This document shows, in pieces, positions 41,536-51,378 of a DNA stretch of 64,000 bases. Under the pieces are notes generated by a model, which was given only the letters and a program-made list of their open reading frames with translations, was not told where the DNA came from and made no database searches. Where the stretch lies: NCBI GenBank assembly GCA_963705105.1, contig CAVPIW010000012.1:352001-416000 (forward strand), in the 5' to 3' direction. Made by a program: the position numbers and the translations under genes. Source of the DNA: an uncultured Nitrospiraceae bacterium (GTDB lineage Bacteria; Nitrospirota; Thermodesulfovibrionia; Thermodesulfovibrionales; Dissulfurispiraceae). Positions within the stretch are counted from its first letter, which is position 1. Each line of letters opens with the position of its first letter.

Positions 41536-43887
41536 TCACCGTGCCTGCCTCTCAGCCTGCTGCATCCGGGCCAATTTCCCCCTTGCCCTGCTCTCGCCCG
41601 GATCGATCATCAGCACCTTCCTGTACTGCTCCGCCGCACGGTAAGAAATGCCCGCTTTTTCATAGATCTCCCCCAGGGCCATCTTGATCCCGATATCCTC
41701 CGGCAGGACCTCTTCGGCTTTTCGCATCACCGCAAGGGCGTCGTCATACATTCCCCTTTTCACGAAGTACTGGCCGGCCGTGTGGAAATCGGAGGGATTC
41801 ACGGTCTTTTCATCCCTGCCATGCTCGACGGCGGAGCGAAATTCAAAGGCGGCCATGCCGTTGTTGCCTGTCTGGTGCAGATAATCGGCGAAGATGATGC
41901 GGGGCCGGACCATATCGGGCAGGGCCGTCCGTATCTCGGCGTCCGACCAACCGTACAAGACGAGAAGCGCGACATAGTCCCTCGTTTTGTCGGGCTCCAG
42001 CGCTATCGCCTTCCGCATGTATTCCGCGCCCTGCTCCTTCTTTCCTGATGAGATCAACCACGATGCATAGGTTTTGTAGCGGACGGGGTTGCTCCTGTCA
42101 CAGGCGATGCCGCTCCTGAGCAGGCCGTCGGCCTCACCGCCCCTGCCAAGAGCCGACAGGGCGAGACCCAATGCCTGAAGATTCCCGCCGTTGACCGGGT
42201 CCCGCCGCACGGCCTTCCTGTATGACTCCAGGGCACCTTCTCTCTCTGACAGAAGCCACTCCGCACGCGCCGCTTCATGATAGCCCCCAGCATTCAAGGG
42301 GTCCCAAAAGGAGGCCCGGCGCGCGACATGTCTCCTCTGATCGAGTTCCGCCTTCGGGGTCTGCGCATTGACGCTTTTCCCCTTTAACGACGAAAGACCG
42401 TGTCGCGCCACGGCGTCGCCCGTGTCGTAGATGACGCTCAGAAACAGGACGGCGGTGGCGGCGAAAATCAGCCCTTTCGTCACGGGCAGTTTCGGGAGGA
42501 GCAACGTGTCCGCCCTTCCTTCCCGCAGCCTCGTATGCGCGGCGGACACGGCGAGTCCGGCCAGAAAGGTGAAATACAGGGCATTTGCGCCGATGTGGAG
42601 GTTGAAATCGGTGACGCTGTAAATGATCATCGACAGGATGCCCGTCACCGCCCCGGTGTAGATGACGACGGAATAGCGTCCCCGTCTCCCGATGAATGAC
42701 CGGTATGACTTCCGGAGCACAACGGCCAGAAAAGCCGCCGCAAGCAGCACGGAGATACACCCTCCCTCCGATAAGAGTTCCAGATAATCATTATGGGCAT
42801 GGTCGACAAACCACCCGGAGGACAGGGAGCTGTATCTCGGAAAGACATGGGCATAACTGCCCAGTCCCGTTCCGGTCAGGGGAAAATCCCTGATCACGCC
42901 GAAGGAGTCTTTCCATATCTCCAGCCTTGCCTCGGTGATGTTGCCGTTGACGTCCCTGAGGGCCTCGAAACGATCGAAGATCCTGTCCCATCCGAGCCAT
43001 CCGACAGAGTAGAATGCGAGCGTCACGATGAGGGCGACGGGGATCCATCCCTTCCCTCTGTTTCTCAGCGCTGCGGCGAGGAAGATCATCGAGATGCAGA
43101 GGCTTATGATGCCTCCCTTCGAGAGACTCACAAACACGGATGCGGAGACCAGGAGCGCCGCAGACCCGAGGAGGATGTGGACATTCGTCATGGGGGAGCT
43201 GAAGACCTCGACGACCCGTTCCCTGAGAGACCGGCAGGAGTAGCGCGGCCTGTAATAGATGAAGAGGCAGACGATCAGGGGCAGCACCATGCCGGCGAAA
43301 CCGGCGTAGTGATTACGGTTGACATACGGGCCGAAGGGTCGTCCACCCATGGTCAATTCCCTGAGCCAGTATATCTTGTTGTTCCACAGGACATGCTGAA
43401 GCATGCTGAAGAGGGCGAGGACCGATGCGAAGACGACGACGATCCAGACGGTCTTCTTCAGCAGGTCCTTTTTCGCCAGCACATGGACAGTCACCACATA
43501 AAACGCGGCCAGTGCAGCGGTTTTGAGAAATTCCGACACCGTCGCTTTCATGTTGACAGAGACGGACCCCCATGCATGGGGATCAGCGGCCCACAGTGTC
43601 TCCCTGTAGAGGTCGTATGCGCCGGGAGAGACAACCTTGAGGAGAAAGGGCGGCAAGGGCACGAGCTGAAGAAGGATATACCCCAGAAAGAGCGACAGGG
43701 GGACGAGTCCCGGGACCTCGTGGAGGAAGGGTTCCTCGTCCTTCCTCTTCCCGATCAGGAGGAGCACGAAGGCAAGAAGGGCCAGCGATTTTACCACCGC
43801 CCAGGACCATGGTTCAACGGTCCCGAAGGCGAGGGGCGAAAAGATCAGGAGGAACACAAAAATGGGGAAGATCAACGGTGTCGCCAT
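41536..43887 (-). CDS. O-antigen ligase-like protein with C-terminal TPR repeats
   Basis: GPYVNRNH, GTGLG, HAHNDYLE, DFNLH; TPR-like helical repeats. Confidence 0.85.
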   Translation of the reverse strand: MATPLIFPIFVFLLIFSPLAFGTVEPWSWAVVKSLALLAFVLLLIGKRKDEEPFLHEVPGLVPLSLFLGYILLQLVPLPPFLLKVVSPGAYDLYRETLWAADPHAWGSVSVNMKATVSEFLKTAALAAFYVVTVHVLAKKDLLKKTVWIVVVFASVLALFSMLQHVLWNNKIYWLRELTMGGRPFGPYVNRNHYAGFAGMVLPLIVCLFIYYRPRYSCRSLRERVVEVFSSPMTNVHILLGSAALLVSASVFVSLSKGGIISLCISMIFLAAALRNRGKGWIPVALIVTLAFYSVGWLGWDRIFDRFEALRDVNGNITEARLEIWKDSFGVIRDFPLTGTGLGSYAHVFPRYSSLSSGWFVDHAHNDYLELLSEGGCISVLLAAAFLAVVLRKSYRSFIGRRGRYSVVIYTGAVTGILSMIIYSVTDFNLHIGANALYFTFLAGLAVSAAHTRLREGRADTLLLPKLPVTKGLIFAATAVLFLSVIYDTGDAVARHGLSSLKGKSVNAQTPKAELDQRRHVARRASFWDPLNAGGYHEAARAEWLLSEREGALESYRKAVRRDPVNGGNLQALGLALSALGRGGEADGLLRSGIACDRSNPVRYKTYASWLISSGKKEQGAEYMRKAIALEPDKTRDYVALLVLYGWSDAEIRTALPDMVRPRIIFADYLHQTGNNGMAAFEFRSAVEHGRDEKTVNPSDFHTAGQYFVKRGMYDDALAVMRKAEEVLPEDIGIKMALGEIYEKAGISYRAAEQYRKVLMIDPGESRARGKLARMQQAERQAR

Positions 43888-43937
43888 GGGGAGTCCACCT
43901 CATTGCTGCGTGAAAAGGGAAAACGGTAACACCTGTT

Positions 43938-44122
43938 GTTGCATGAAACGGCGGGGCGACGCGCTCTGAAAACAGTGTCAGTGTGAGTGTGAGTGTCAGT
44001 GTCGGAAAAGATGTCCAATTCTCCTGACATCGGCTTATGCCTCGTCTTTCGTTTTGATACAGGTGTCGCCGCAGCAAGGTTTTCGGCGCATACGCCCCAC
44101 CTTCCGGTCGGGAGTATGCGAC
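43938..44122. mobile_element. Family 1 MITE-like element with a hexamer array
   Basis: Near-identical to 12382-12547. Confidence 0.75.
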
Positions 44123-44161
44123 AGTGTATGCGTCAGTGGCCGTAAAAGGACATTTCCTGTT

Positions 44162-46360
44162 TCACGCGGCTTTGTCACGGTTTTCTTCTCCATAGCCGTA
44201 GCCGTAACCGTAATACCGTGAATAGTAGTCGTTCTTCTTGACGTCGAGCCCGTTGATCACGATGCCCAGCACGCGGGAATCCGTGCCCTGCAGGGACTTC
44301 AATGCCCTGCCGACGCCTTCGTATGTCGTATATCCCGCCTTCGTCACGAGAATGGTCCCGTCAAGGTTCGTGCTCAGGATGAGGCTGTCCGTCACGGTCA
44401 TAAGCGGCGTCGTATCCCAGATGATGAAATCGAATCTCCCTTTCAGCGTCTCGATGAGCGTGCGCATGGTCGCGGAGCCGAGGAGCTCCGAGGGATTCGG
44501 GGGAATGGGGCCTGAAGGGATGACGCTGAGATGCGGGGCGATCTCATTGACGACGATGTCGATGTCCGAGGCGCCGGCGAGATAGGTGCTCAGCCCTTTT
44601 TCGTTATTCAGGCCGAATATCCTGTGGATGCGCGGTTTTCGCAGGTCGCCGTCGATGAGGAGGACCGAATGCTCAGCCTGCGCGATCGTCATCGCCAGGT
44701 TGACCGACGTGGCGGTCTTGCCTTCACCGGGCATGACGCTCGTGATGAGGACGTTCTTCGGCGGCGCTCCCCCGGAAGAAAGCAATACGGCGGTTCTCAG
44801 AATTTTATAGCTCTCCGCAAAGGCGGACCGGGGTTCCTTCATGCTGATCTCTTCAATGCCTGTCCCCGGCGACTTCAGGAGAGTGACGACACCGAGCACG
44901 GGAACGCCGAATTTCGCCTCCATCTCTTCAACGGACTTGACGGTATTGTCGAGGTGGTCCACGAGGAAGGCGATGCCGATGCCACCGAAGAGTCCGATCA
45001 GGAGGCCGATCAGGAGGTTACGGGCCTTGTCCGGCTTCGCAGGTGCCCCGGGCGTCTCGGCCTTCTCGACGACCCAAACGTTGACCGTCCGGATGTCCTG
45101 CGTGATATCCTGTTCCTTGATCTTCTTGATGATGGCATCGAAGAGCTGCCGGCTCGTTTCGGCTTCCCTCTTCAGGGCTTCATACTGGACAAATTTCTCG
45201 TTGAGATTCAGGGTCTCCTGCTTCGTCTGCGCCGCCATCCTCCGGAAATTCGCCTCATTCGCCTTTGCAAGCTCATACTCGTTCCTGATCGACTCAACGA
45301 CCCTTCTGATCTCCTGTTCCCTCTTCTCCTTCAACACCTTCAGGTCGGCCTGGGCCGTGACCATTGTGGGGTGCTTCGATCCGAATTTCTTTGACAGCTC
45401 GCTCATGTTCTGTTCCGCCTTGAGTATCTGCACCCGCAGGGCCTGGACCGTCGGATCGGAGGAGATCGCCGGTATCGTCTCTGCCTTTTCGGGGTTCTGC
45501 GTCACTTCCCTGACCTTTTCATAGTGGGACTCCAGCTCTTTTCTCCTCGTCTCCGCCGCTGCTATCTTCGTGGCAACCTCGGACAGCTTTTCCGGGACCA
45601 TGGTGATCCTGTTTTCGAGGGTCACGATGTCCTTCGTCCTCATGTACTCCTGAAGCGCCTTTTCCGATCTCTGGAGCTTCGTTTTCTCCTCTTCAGCCTT
45701 TTCCGTGAGCCACTTCATGGCATTCCGCGACGAGATCATCTTCATGTCCAGGAGGTCTTCGATGTAAGCCTTTGCGACGGAATTCGCGATGAGGGCGGCA
45801 AATTCCGGGTTGGCGGACATGTACCCGATGTGCACCAGCTTGCTGTTCTTGACGGGAGTCACGATAATGGACGCGCTGATCGTCCGCGCAACGGCGTCCG
45901 CCTTCTCTTCAAGCTCCTTTTCGGATTCCATCCCGGCGACGGACCCGCCTTCGGGCTTTGCCCCGCCGGTGACGTTCCGGACGACGGCATAGGCATCCCG
46001 GAACCACCCGATGGTCCCGCCGACGAGGCCCTTTTTTTCGCCTTTGAGGTATGCATCGTTGTTCCTGTCGAGGGAGAGCATCTTCACGACCTTTCTGGCG
46101 ACGGATGTGCTCCTGATGAGCTGGTACTGGGTCTCGTAGAAGTCCGGGTCATAGGGCATGTAATACATGTTCATCATGCCGATGTTGTTCGGCTCGGCCT
46201 TTTCGATCAGCACCTTCGTCGTCGCCAGATAGAGGGGCGTCGCGGAAAAAGTCACGATCAGGGTCATAACGAACACCACCGCGAAAAAGGCGCACACGGT
46301 CTGTTTTCTCTTGGTGACGATTCTCAGGTATTCCCGTAAATGAATGTCTTTGTCTTCCAT
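44162..46360 (-). CDS. wzc: Polysaccharide co-polymerase / BY-kinase (GumC/Wzc)
   Basis: Two TMs, coiled coil, GEGKT, DGDLRKP, C-terminal Tyr cluster. Confidence 0.93.
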   Translation of the reverse strand: MEDKDIHLREYLRIVTKRKQTVCAFFAVVFVMTLIVTFSATPLYLATTKVLIEKAEPNNIGMMNMYYMPYDPDFYETQYQLIRSTSVARKVVKMLSLDRNNDAYLKGEKKGLVGGTIGWFRDAYAVVRNVTGGAKPEGGSVAGMESEKELEEKADAVARTISASIIVTPVKNSKLVHIGYMSANPEFAALIANSVAKAYIEDLLDMKMISSRNAMKWLTEKAEEEKTKLQRSEKALQEYMRTKDIVTLENRITMVPEKLSEVATKIAAAETRRKELESHYEKVREVTQNPEKAETIPAISSDPTVQALRVQILKAEQNMSELSKKFGSKHPTMVTAQADLKVLKEKREQEIRRVVESIRNEYELAKANEANFRRMAAQTKQETLNLNEKFVQYEALKREAETSRQLFDAIIKKIKEQDITQDIRTVNVWVVEKAETPGAPAKPDKARNLLIGLLIGLFGGIGIAFLVDHLDNTVKSVEEMEAKFGVPVLGVVTLLKSPGTGIEEISMKEPRSAFAESYKILRTAVLLSSGGAPPKNVLITSVMPGEGKTATSVNLAMTIAQAEHSVLLIDGDLRKPRIHRIFGLNNEKGLSTYLAGASDIDIVVNEIAPHLSVIPSGPIPPNPSELLGSATMRTLIETLKGRFDFIIWDTTPLMTVTDSLILSTNLDGTILVTKAGYTTYEGVGRALKSLQGTDSRVLGIVINGLDVKKNDYYSRYYGYGYGYGEENRDKAA

Positions 46361-46373
46361 GGGATTGTTCCGA

Positions 46374-47243
46374 TTACCAGAAACTTTCGGGGACGACGAT
46401 GATGTCGTCAGGTAACACCGGCTCGTCCATTCCCGCTTTTTCGATGATCCTCTCCTTTCCCCGGATTTTCCGGATGATTCTGATCCTGCCGGGCGCGGCC
46501 TTGTCGGTGAAGCCGCCTGCCATTGTGGCAGCCTTGATCACCGTGGCACCCTCTTCATGCTTGTATGCCTCGGGTCTCTTCACCTCGCCGGTGACATAAA
46601 AGACCTCCGCCTTGCCGACATACACGCTGTCGCCGTCCATCAGGGGAACGTCGGAAGACGTGTCGCCTTCTTCAAGGAGTTTCCTGAGATCGACGGTGAT
46701 GATGCTGTCTGTTTTGTCTGAATTGACGGACTTCCTTTTGACGATGGCCCTGTCTCCGGCCTCCTTGGTGAGCCCGCCGGCCTTGGAGAGCAATTCGAGG
46801 AGACTGGTGTTTCCGCTGAGCGAGTAGACGCCCGGCCTGGTTATCTGTCCCATGATGATCGTCTTTTTGCTCCTGTATTCTTCGACGAAGACCGATACGT
46901 TCGGGTCCACGATATAGCCGTCCGCGAGATGGTCCGTCACCTTTTGGGCAATCTGAGACGTCGTCAGTCCCGAGACGTTGACGGCGCCGATGAGTGGCAG
47001 ATTGATGAGCCCCTCGCCATTGACCCGCGCGACGGTCGTGAGGTCCTGATGACCGTACACGGTTATTTTCACGATATCCTCCTTGCCGACGACATAATCC
47101 TGGGCGAAGGCGGCGGCGGTCCACGAGAGGAATGCGAGGGAGAAAAGGAGGATAATCCTGATCGCTGCGGGTACCACTGCGAAGGGAGGGGCGAAGCGGC
47201 TCAAAGTCATGCTGACAGTGGCAACAAGGGTAACCGGCTTCAT
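46374..47243 (-). CDS. wza: Polysaccharide export protein (Poly_export plus SLBB domains)
   Basis: G.I.LPLIG.V...GLT, GEV.RP, AGGFT. Confidence 0.88.
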   Translation of the reverse strand: MKPVTLVATVSMTLSRFAPPFAVVPAAIRIILLFSLAFLSWTAAAFAQDYVVGKEDIVKITVYGHQDLTTVARVNGEGLINLPLIGAVNVSGLTTSQIAQKVTDHLADGYIVDPNVSVFVEEYRSKKTIIMGQITRPGVYSLSGNTSLLELLSKAGGLTKEAGDRAIVKRKSVNSDKTDSIITVDLRKLLEEGDTSSDVPLMDGDSVYVGKAEVFYVTGEVKRPEAYKHEEGATVIKAATMAGGFTDKAAPGRIRIIRKIRGKERIIEKAGMDEPVLPDDIIVVPESFW

Positions 47244-48788
47244 TCAGATCGCCCCCTTGATGTTGAATACGACGGTGTTCGACTGGTAGTCGAAGGCGGG
47301 GATATTCGATTTCCTCGTCGCGAAGGCATAGGAGATGCCGGCCTTCAGCCCTTTCCTGAACCAGTAGTCTATGCCGGCCGATGCCTCGTAATAATTGTCG
47401 GTCCTCTTTTCCGTCTTTCCGTCGAAGGTCAGCGGCTGGCCGTATTTCTGGTTGGTGTACGAGAAGGATGCCCATCCGGTCACCCTGGAGCTCACCATGT
47501 GCTGAAAATTGACGACGGCGCCGCGGTCCATCGTATAAAAGGCGGCAGGGATATTCGTTTCGCTGGTCTGTCCGAAGGCCGTCAATGAAACCGACGCCTT
47601 CGGGCTGAACCTGTGCTCGACTTTCGCTTCATAGATGAAATCATTTGTCGAGAAATCAGCAAAATCCTTCTTCCCCCATCCTGCCTTGACAGCCCCCCTG
47701 GTTTTGGCCGTCACATCCCAGTCAAAACCGCCCAGGAGAGCGTGCTCCCTGCTGTTCGTCACGCTGTTGTCCGTATACTTGATATCGGTAAATGTGTATT
47801 GAGTGAAGAGTGCCGTCCTGGGCCACAGCCTGTAAAAGACATAGGCGGAAAAGAAATTGTCATCACGGTTCAGCCTGTCATTCCTGTCGGCATCGTAGCG
47901 GAGCAGGAAATTGGAATAGTCGACACGGAGGCGCAGCCTGCTGCCGGTGTCGAGAGAAGCCGACAGGTACAGGAGATTCCCTCTGAACCTGTCCACCTCT
48001 CCTCCCGAGAGGACCGAGTCCAGCCTCTCGTAAGACCTGCTGAACTCGTCGTTCAGCGAAAGGGTCAGGCCGAAGGGGAAGCGATAGGCGATTCCGCCGT
48101 TCACGTTGTGGGTGACCGTATTGCCGGAAGGGGAAGTCTCCGAGTGCTGAGGGATGTCCGCCTGGTAGTGCAGGAACGCGCGATAGCGCCTCGTCCCTTC
48201 CTCTCCCTCCCTGCCCAGCAACAGTCCTCCGGGGGAGCGAGTCGAGATAGGGTCGAGTCCTTTCGGTCTCTGATTGAGACCGGGCAGGGCGAACCATATT
48301 TCCGGGGAGAGTATCATGCTGAAGTCGCTCTTCTTGTCCACATTGGTGTTGAATGCGTTATCCGTATACACTCCCGAGAGTCCGAGGCCGGCATGGACAT
48401 ATCCCGCCTTTCCCGGCAGCAGGTCCTTCCATGTCGCCGGTCTTCCCTCGGGCTTCACCAGCCCGGGAGGCAGTCCCGCGTCAGTCCGGGCCGCTCCTTT
48501 CGGAGATTCTTCATGGACGATCACGAAGACCCCGTAAACCGTTCTGCCATCTTCCGTTTCATATGCGCGGACAAGCGTTTCGAACCCGCTGCTCCTGATC
48601 TTCTCGGCGAGGTTTTCCGCGTCCTCTCTCACCGCGAGAACGGAGATTGCGACTTCACTGACGGGTTCCTCGTCGGCCCGTTCCCTTTCGGCAGGCTGGC
48701 CTCCCGGGCCCCCCTCATCTCCGGCAAAACATGCCATGGAGAAAAACAGGGAGAAGACTGTGATAAGGACAAGGAGCCATTGTCGCAT
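47244..48788 (-). CDS. EPS-associated outer-membrane beta-barrel protein with an N-terminal SPOR-like segment
   Basis: Signal peptide, YTDN, amphipathic beta strands, position next to wza. Confidence 0.75.
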   Translation of the reverse strand: MRQWLLVLITVFSLFFSMACFAGDEGGPGGQPAERERADEEPVSEVAISVLAVREDAENLAEKIRSSGFETLVRAYETEDGRTVYGVFVIVHEESPKGAARTDAGLPPGLVKPEGRPATWKDLLPGKAGYVHAGLGLSGVYTDNAFNTNVDKKSDFSMILSPEIWFALPGLNQRPKGLDPISTRSPGGLLLGREGEEGTRRYRAFLHYQADIPQHSETSPSGNTVTHNVNGGIAYRFPFGLTLSLNDEFSRSYERLDSVLSGGEVDRFRGNLLYLSASLDTGSRLRLRVDYSNFLLRYDADRNDRLNRDDNFFSAYVFYRLWPRTALFTQYTFTDIKYTDNSVTNSREHALLGGFDWDVTAKTRGAVKAGWGKKDFADFSTNDFIYEAKVEHRFSPKASVSLTAFGQTSETNIPAAFYTMDRGAVVNFQHMVSSRVTGWASFSYTNQKYGQPLTFDGKTEKRTDNYYEASAGIDYWFRKGLKAGISYAFATRKSNIPAFDYQSNTVVFNIKGAI

Positions 48789-48839
48789 TATCGTTCACGA
48801 TCACTGGTGTCCGAAATAATCTGACACGAGGAGTTCTCG

Positions 48840-50081
48840 TCAAAATCCGTTCATGTATATATTTCTGTCCAGCCGTTCCTCGTCCGCCGCGGCGAATGTC
48901 AGTACCGGCTGAGAGAGCGGGACGGGGCCATCATTCACCGCGGTGCGACCGATGCGCGGCGCGTACCCGCCGGCAGGCTCGGCGCCGATCGTCGCGCTTC
49001 TCTGCGTATCGTTTGCGCCATGACAGGGACGTCCCCGTCCCGGCAGCCGCTCAGCCAGGAACGAAAGCCCGAGGTGTGCGACGAAATAGGCGGAGAAGGC
49101 CAGGAAGAGGATATGTTCCGGGATCCGGAAGATGACGCCCGCAATGGCCAGGATACAAAAGATGCACGAGAGCGTGAGGATGACGGCGACGGAACCCTGT
49201 GTCCCAAGACCCATCCTGAGAAGGGTGTGATGGATGTGGTTCCTGTCGGCGTGAAAGGGGTTTCTCCTTGCGGCGATCCTCTTCAGGATGACCGTTAATG
49301 CGTCCGTGACGGGTACGGCGAGGACGAGCAGGGGGATAACAGGACGCACAACGCCCTGAGCACCCTGCGTGACGGCAATGGATACGAAAGCGGCCGTAAA
49401 ACCGAGAAAGAGGCTGCCCGTATCTCCCATAAAGAGGCGGGCCGGGTGCCAGTTGTAGCGGAGAAAACCGATGATGGCGCCGCTCATGGCGACACTCAGC
49501 AGCATCAGGGCGGGATGACCGCTCAAGGCTGATATGCAGGCAAATGAGAGGAATGCGGTCAGGGAGACGCCCCCGGCGAGGCCGTCCATACCGTCCATCA
49601 TGTTGAATGCGTTTGCGATCCCGACGATGCAGAAAACGGTGACGGGAATCGAATAATCATGGAAATCGATGGAGCCGAGGGACAGGAGATCGCCGAAGGT
49701 GAAGAGGTATATGCCGCTCCAATACACGATCATGAGGGCCGCCGCCATCTCCCCCGCGAGCTTCCACCAATGATTCAGCTCCTTCCAGTCGTCGAGAAAA
49801 CCGATGATGAGGATCGTGATCATGCCTGCGAGCAGTCCCGCGACGCGGCTCAGGCCGATGCAGACGGCAACGCTCAGGAAAAAGCCAAGGGCCATCCCGA
49901 CGCCGCCGACGAAGGGTTTCGATGTCCCGTGCCGCTTCCGGCGGGAAGGCCGGTCGACGAGACCGCAGCGGACCGCCGCCCGTGAGAGCTGCGGCAGGGA
50001 CAGGCAGGCGACCGATAGTGCAAGGACAAAGGCCAGGTTCATCAGGGACGGTTCGATGACAGCCAGTTCAGTCACTTTCAT
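48840..50081 (-). CDS. wecA: MraY/WecA-family undecaprenyl-phosphate GlcNAc-1-P transferase
   Basis: GFLDD, NAFNMMDGMDGLA, FMGDTGS, DRNHIHH; ATGA overlap with the upstream gene. Confidence 0.88.
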   Translation of the reverse strand: MKVTELAVIEPSLMNLAFVLALSVACLSLPQLSRAAVRCGLVDRPSRRKRHGTSKPFVGGVGMALGFFLSVAVCIGLSRVAGLLAGMITILIIGFLDDWKELNHWWKLAGEMAAALMIVYWSGIYLFTFGDLLSLGSIDFHDYSIPVTVFCIVGIANAFNMMDGMDGLAGGVSLTAFLSFACISALSGHPALMLLSVAMSGAIIGFLRYNWHPARLFMGDTGSLFLGFTAAFVSIAVTQGAQGVVRPVIPLLVLAVPVTDALTVILKRIAARRNPFHADRNHIHHTLLRMGLGTQGSVAVILTLSCIFCILAIAGVIFRIPEHILFLAFSAYFVAHLGLSFLAERLPGRGRPCHGANDTQRSATIGAEPAGGYAPRIGRTAVNDGPVPLSQPVLTFAAADEERLDRNIYMNGF

Positions 50082-50982
50082 CGGACGCTCCTGTCTGCTG
50101 CAGAAACTCCCGATTCTTGCAACATCGTCATCGCCGTCTTCTCGCGGGCCATTCTTTGCGCCATTATTCTCATCAGGAATGCCGGGTTGGAGATGAAGTT
50201 CCTTCTCCACAGCCTCCGGGGCTCACCGAGCAGGCGGACCAGCCATTCCATGCCTATTTTGCAGAAGAGGGGGTGCGGCCTCTTCACGTTGCCCGAATAA
50301 AAATCGAACACGGCCCCGACGGCCCCGATGAACTTCACGTTTAATTCTCCCTGTGCCGGTATATCCATTTTTCCTGTTTCGGCGCCGTCATCCCCACCCA
50401 GAGCACATCAGGGGCTGCGCGGTTAATCGCATCCACCATCAGGCCGTTCTCCCCGTCACTGAACCCGGGAGAGAAGGGGGGGGCATAGACGCCGGCGACA
50501 CGGATACGGGGAAAGTCGGACCTCATCTTTTGGCAAATCTTCCGGAGGTTTTCATCGGTGGAACCGAGGAAAAAATACGTGTAATCCCCGCCCTGATTCA
50601 ATGCGGAACTCAGTCCCTGGAAGATGTCACTCCCAGTCACCCGTTGGCGGATGACGCCGCCGAGGAGAGCTGAAGCGATGACGACGCCGATGCCGTCAGG
50701 CACGGTCAGGGACGCCGCCCTGAGGGCAGCACGGAACAGGGTGTCTGTTCGGGCGACTTCCAGAGAGTGCGGGTTGGCGCAGACGAAATACCTCCCCGTT
50801 TCATTGCTCCGGACCCGGCGGACAATTTCTGCGACACAGTCATCCTTCGACCCTGTCGATATTGTATATCCGAGGATGTCTTCCGTCGTGATACCGCCTG
50901 TGGTGGCGGATCTTTCCTTGTATTTTTTTCCGGTCATATCGTCAGCACTGATTTCGTGCATCCTTTCATCCACAATTGGCAT
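50078..50982 (-). CDS. WecB/TagA/CpsF family glycosyltransferase with a -1 frameshift at ~50345
   Basis: NPHS, PDGIG, RVTGSD, WVGMTAPKQEKW; continues in another frame as GAVFDF...EW..RL..EPRRLWRR. Confidence 0.85.
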
Positions 50983-51149
50983 GTTGCATTACTATTGTTA
51001 TCGGTATATACATAGGGTGTCTTTAATTTCAGTGAATTCAGTCACAAGGGAGAAGTTTGGTGTGAGTGTCGGTGTCAGTTTCAGTGTCAGTGAGAGAAAA
51101 ACACATTATTAGCGCAGTCGTCTGCAAAGCCTCAATCGGTATGCAATTC

Positions 51150-51210
51150 TGTCATTCCGGCTCGTCCGGAATCTTTCTGTGGGAAGGACTCCCGACAAGC
51201 GGGAGTGACA
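51150..51210. repeat. GTCA-tagged palindrome doublet (empty copy)
   Basis: TGTCATTCCGGCTCGTCCGGAATC...GGACTCCCGACAAGCGGGAGTGACA. Confidence 0.75.
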
Positions 51211-51256
51211 GAAAATAGGAACCATTTTGATTATCTCATTCCTTTGAGCTTCCTTT

Positions 51257-51378
51257 CACTCACACTCACACTCACACCTCTTTCGCCCCCGCCTTTCACT
51301 CGCACTCACACTCACACTCACACTGGTTCTTCACTTGACCTTCCTTTCACTCACACTCGCACTCACACTCACACTTCA
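51257..51378. repeat. (ACTCAC)n hexamer arrays around a family 1 end
   Basis: Three CACACT tracts plus TTCGCCCCCGCCTTTC. Confidence 0.75.

Noticed and set aside
51257..51378. Periodic tracts as a CRISPR array
   Set aside because: Units are 6-mers without unique spacers, and no cas genes are present
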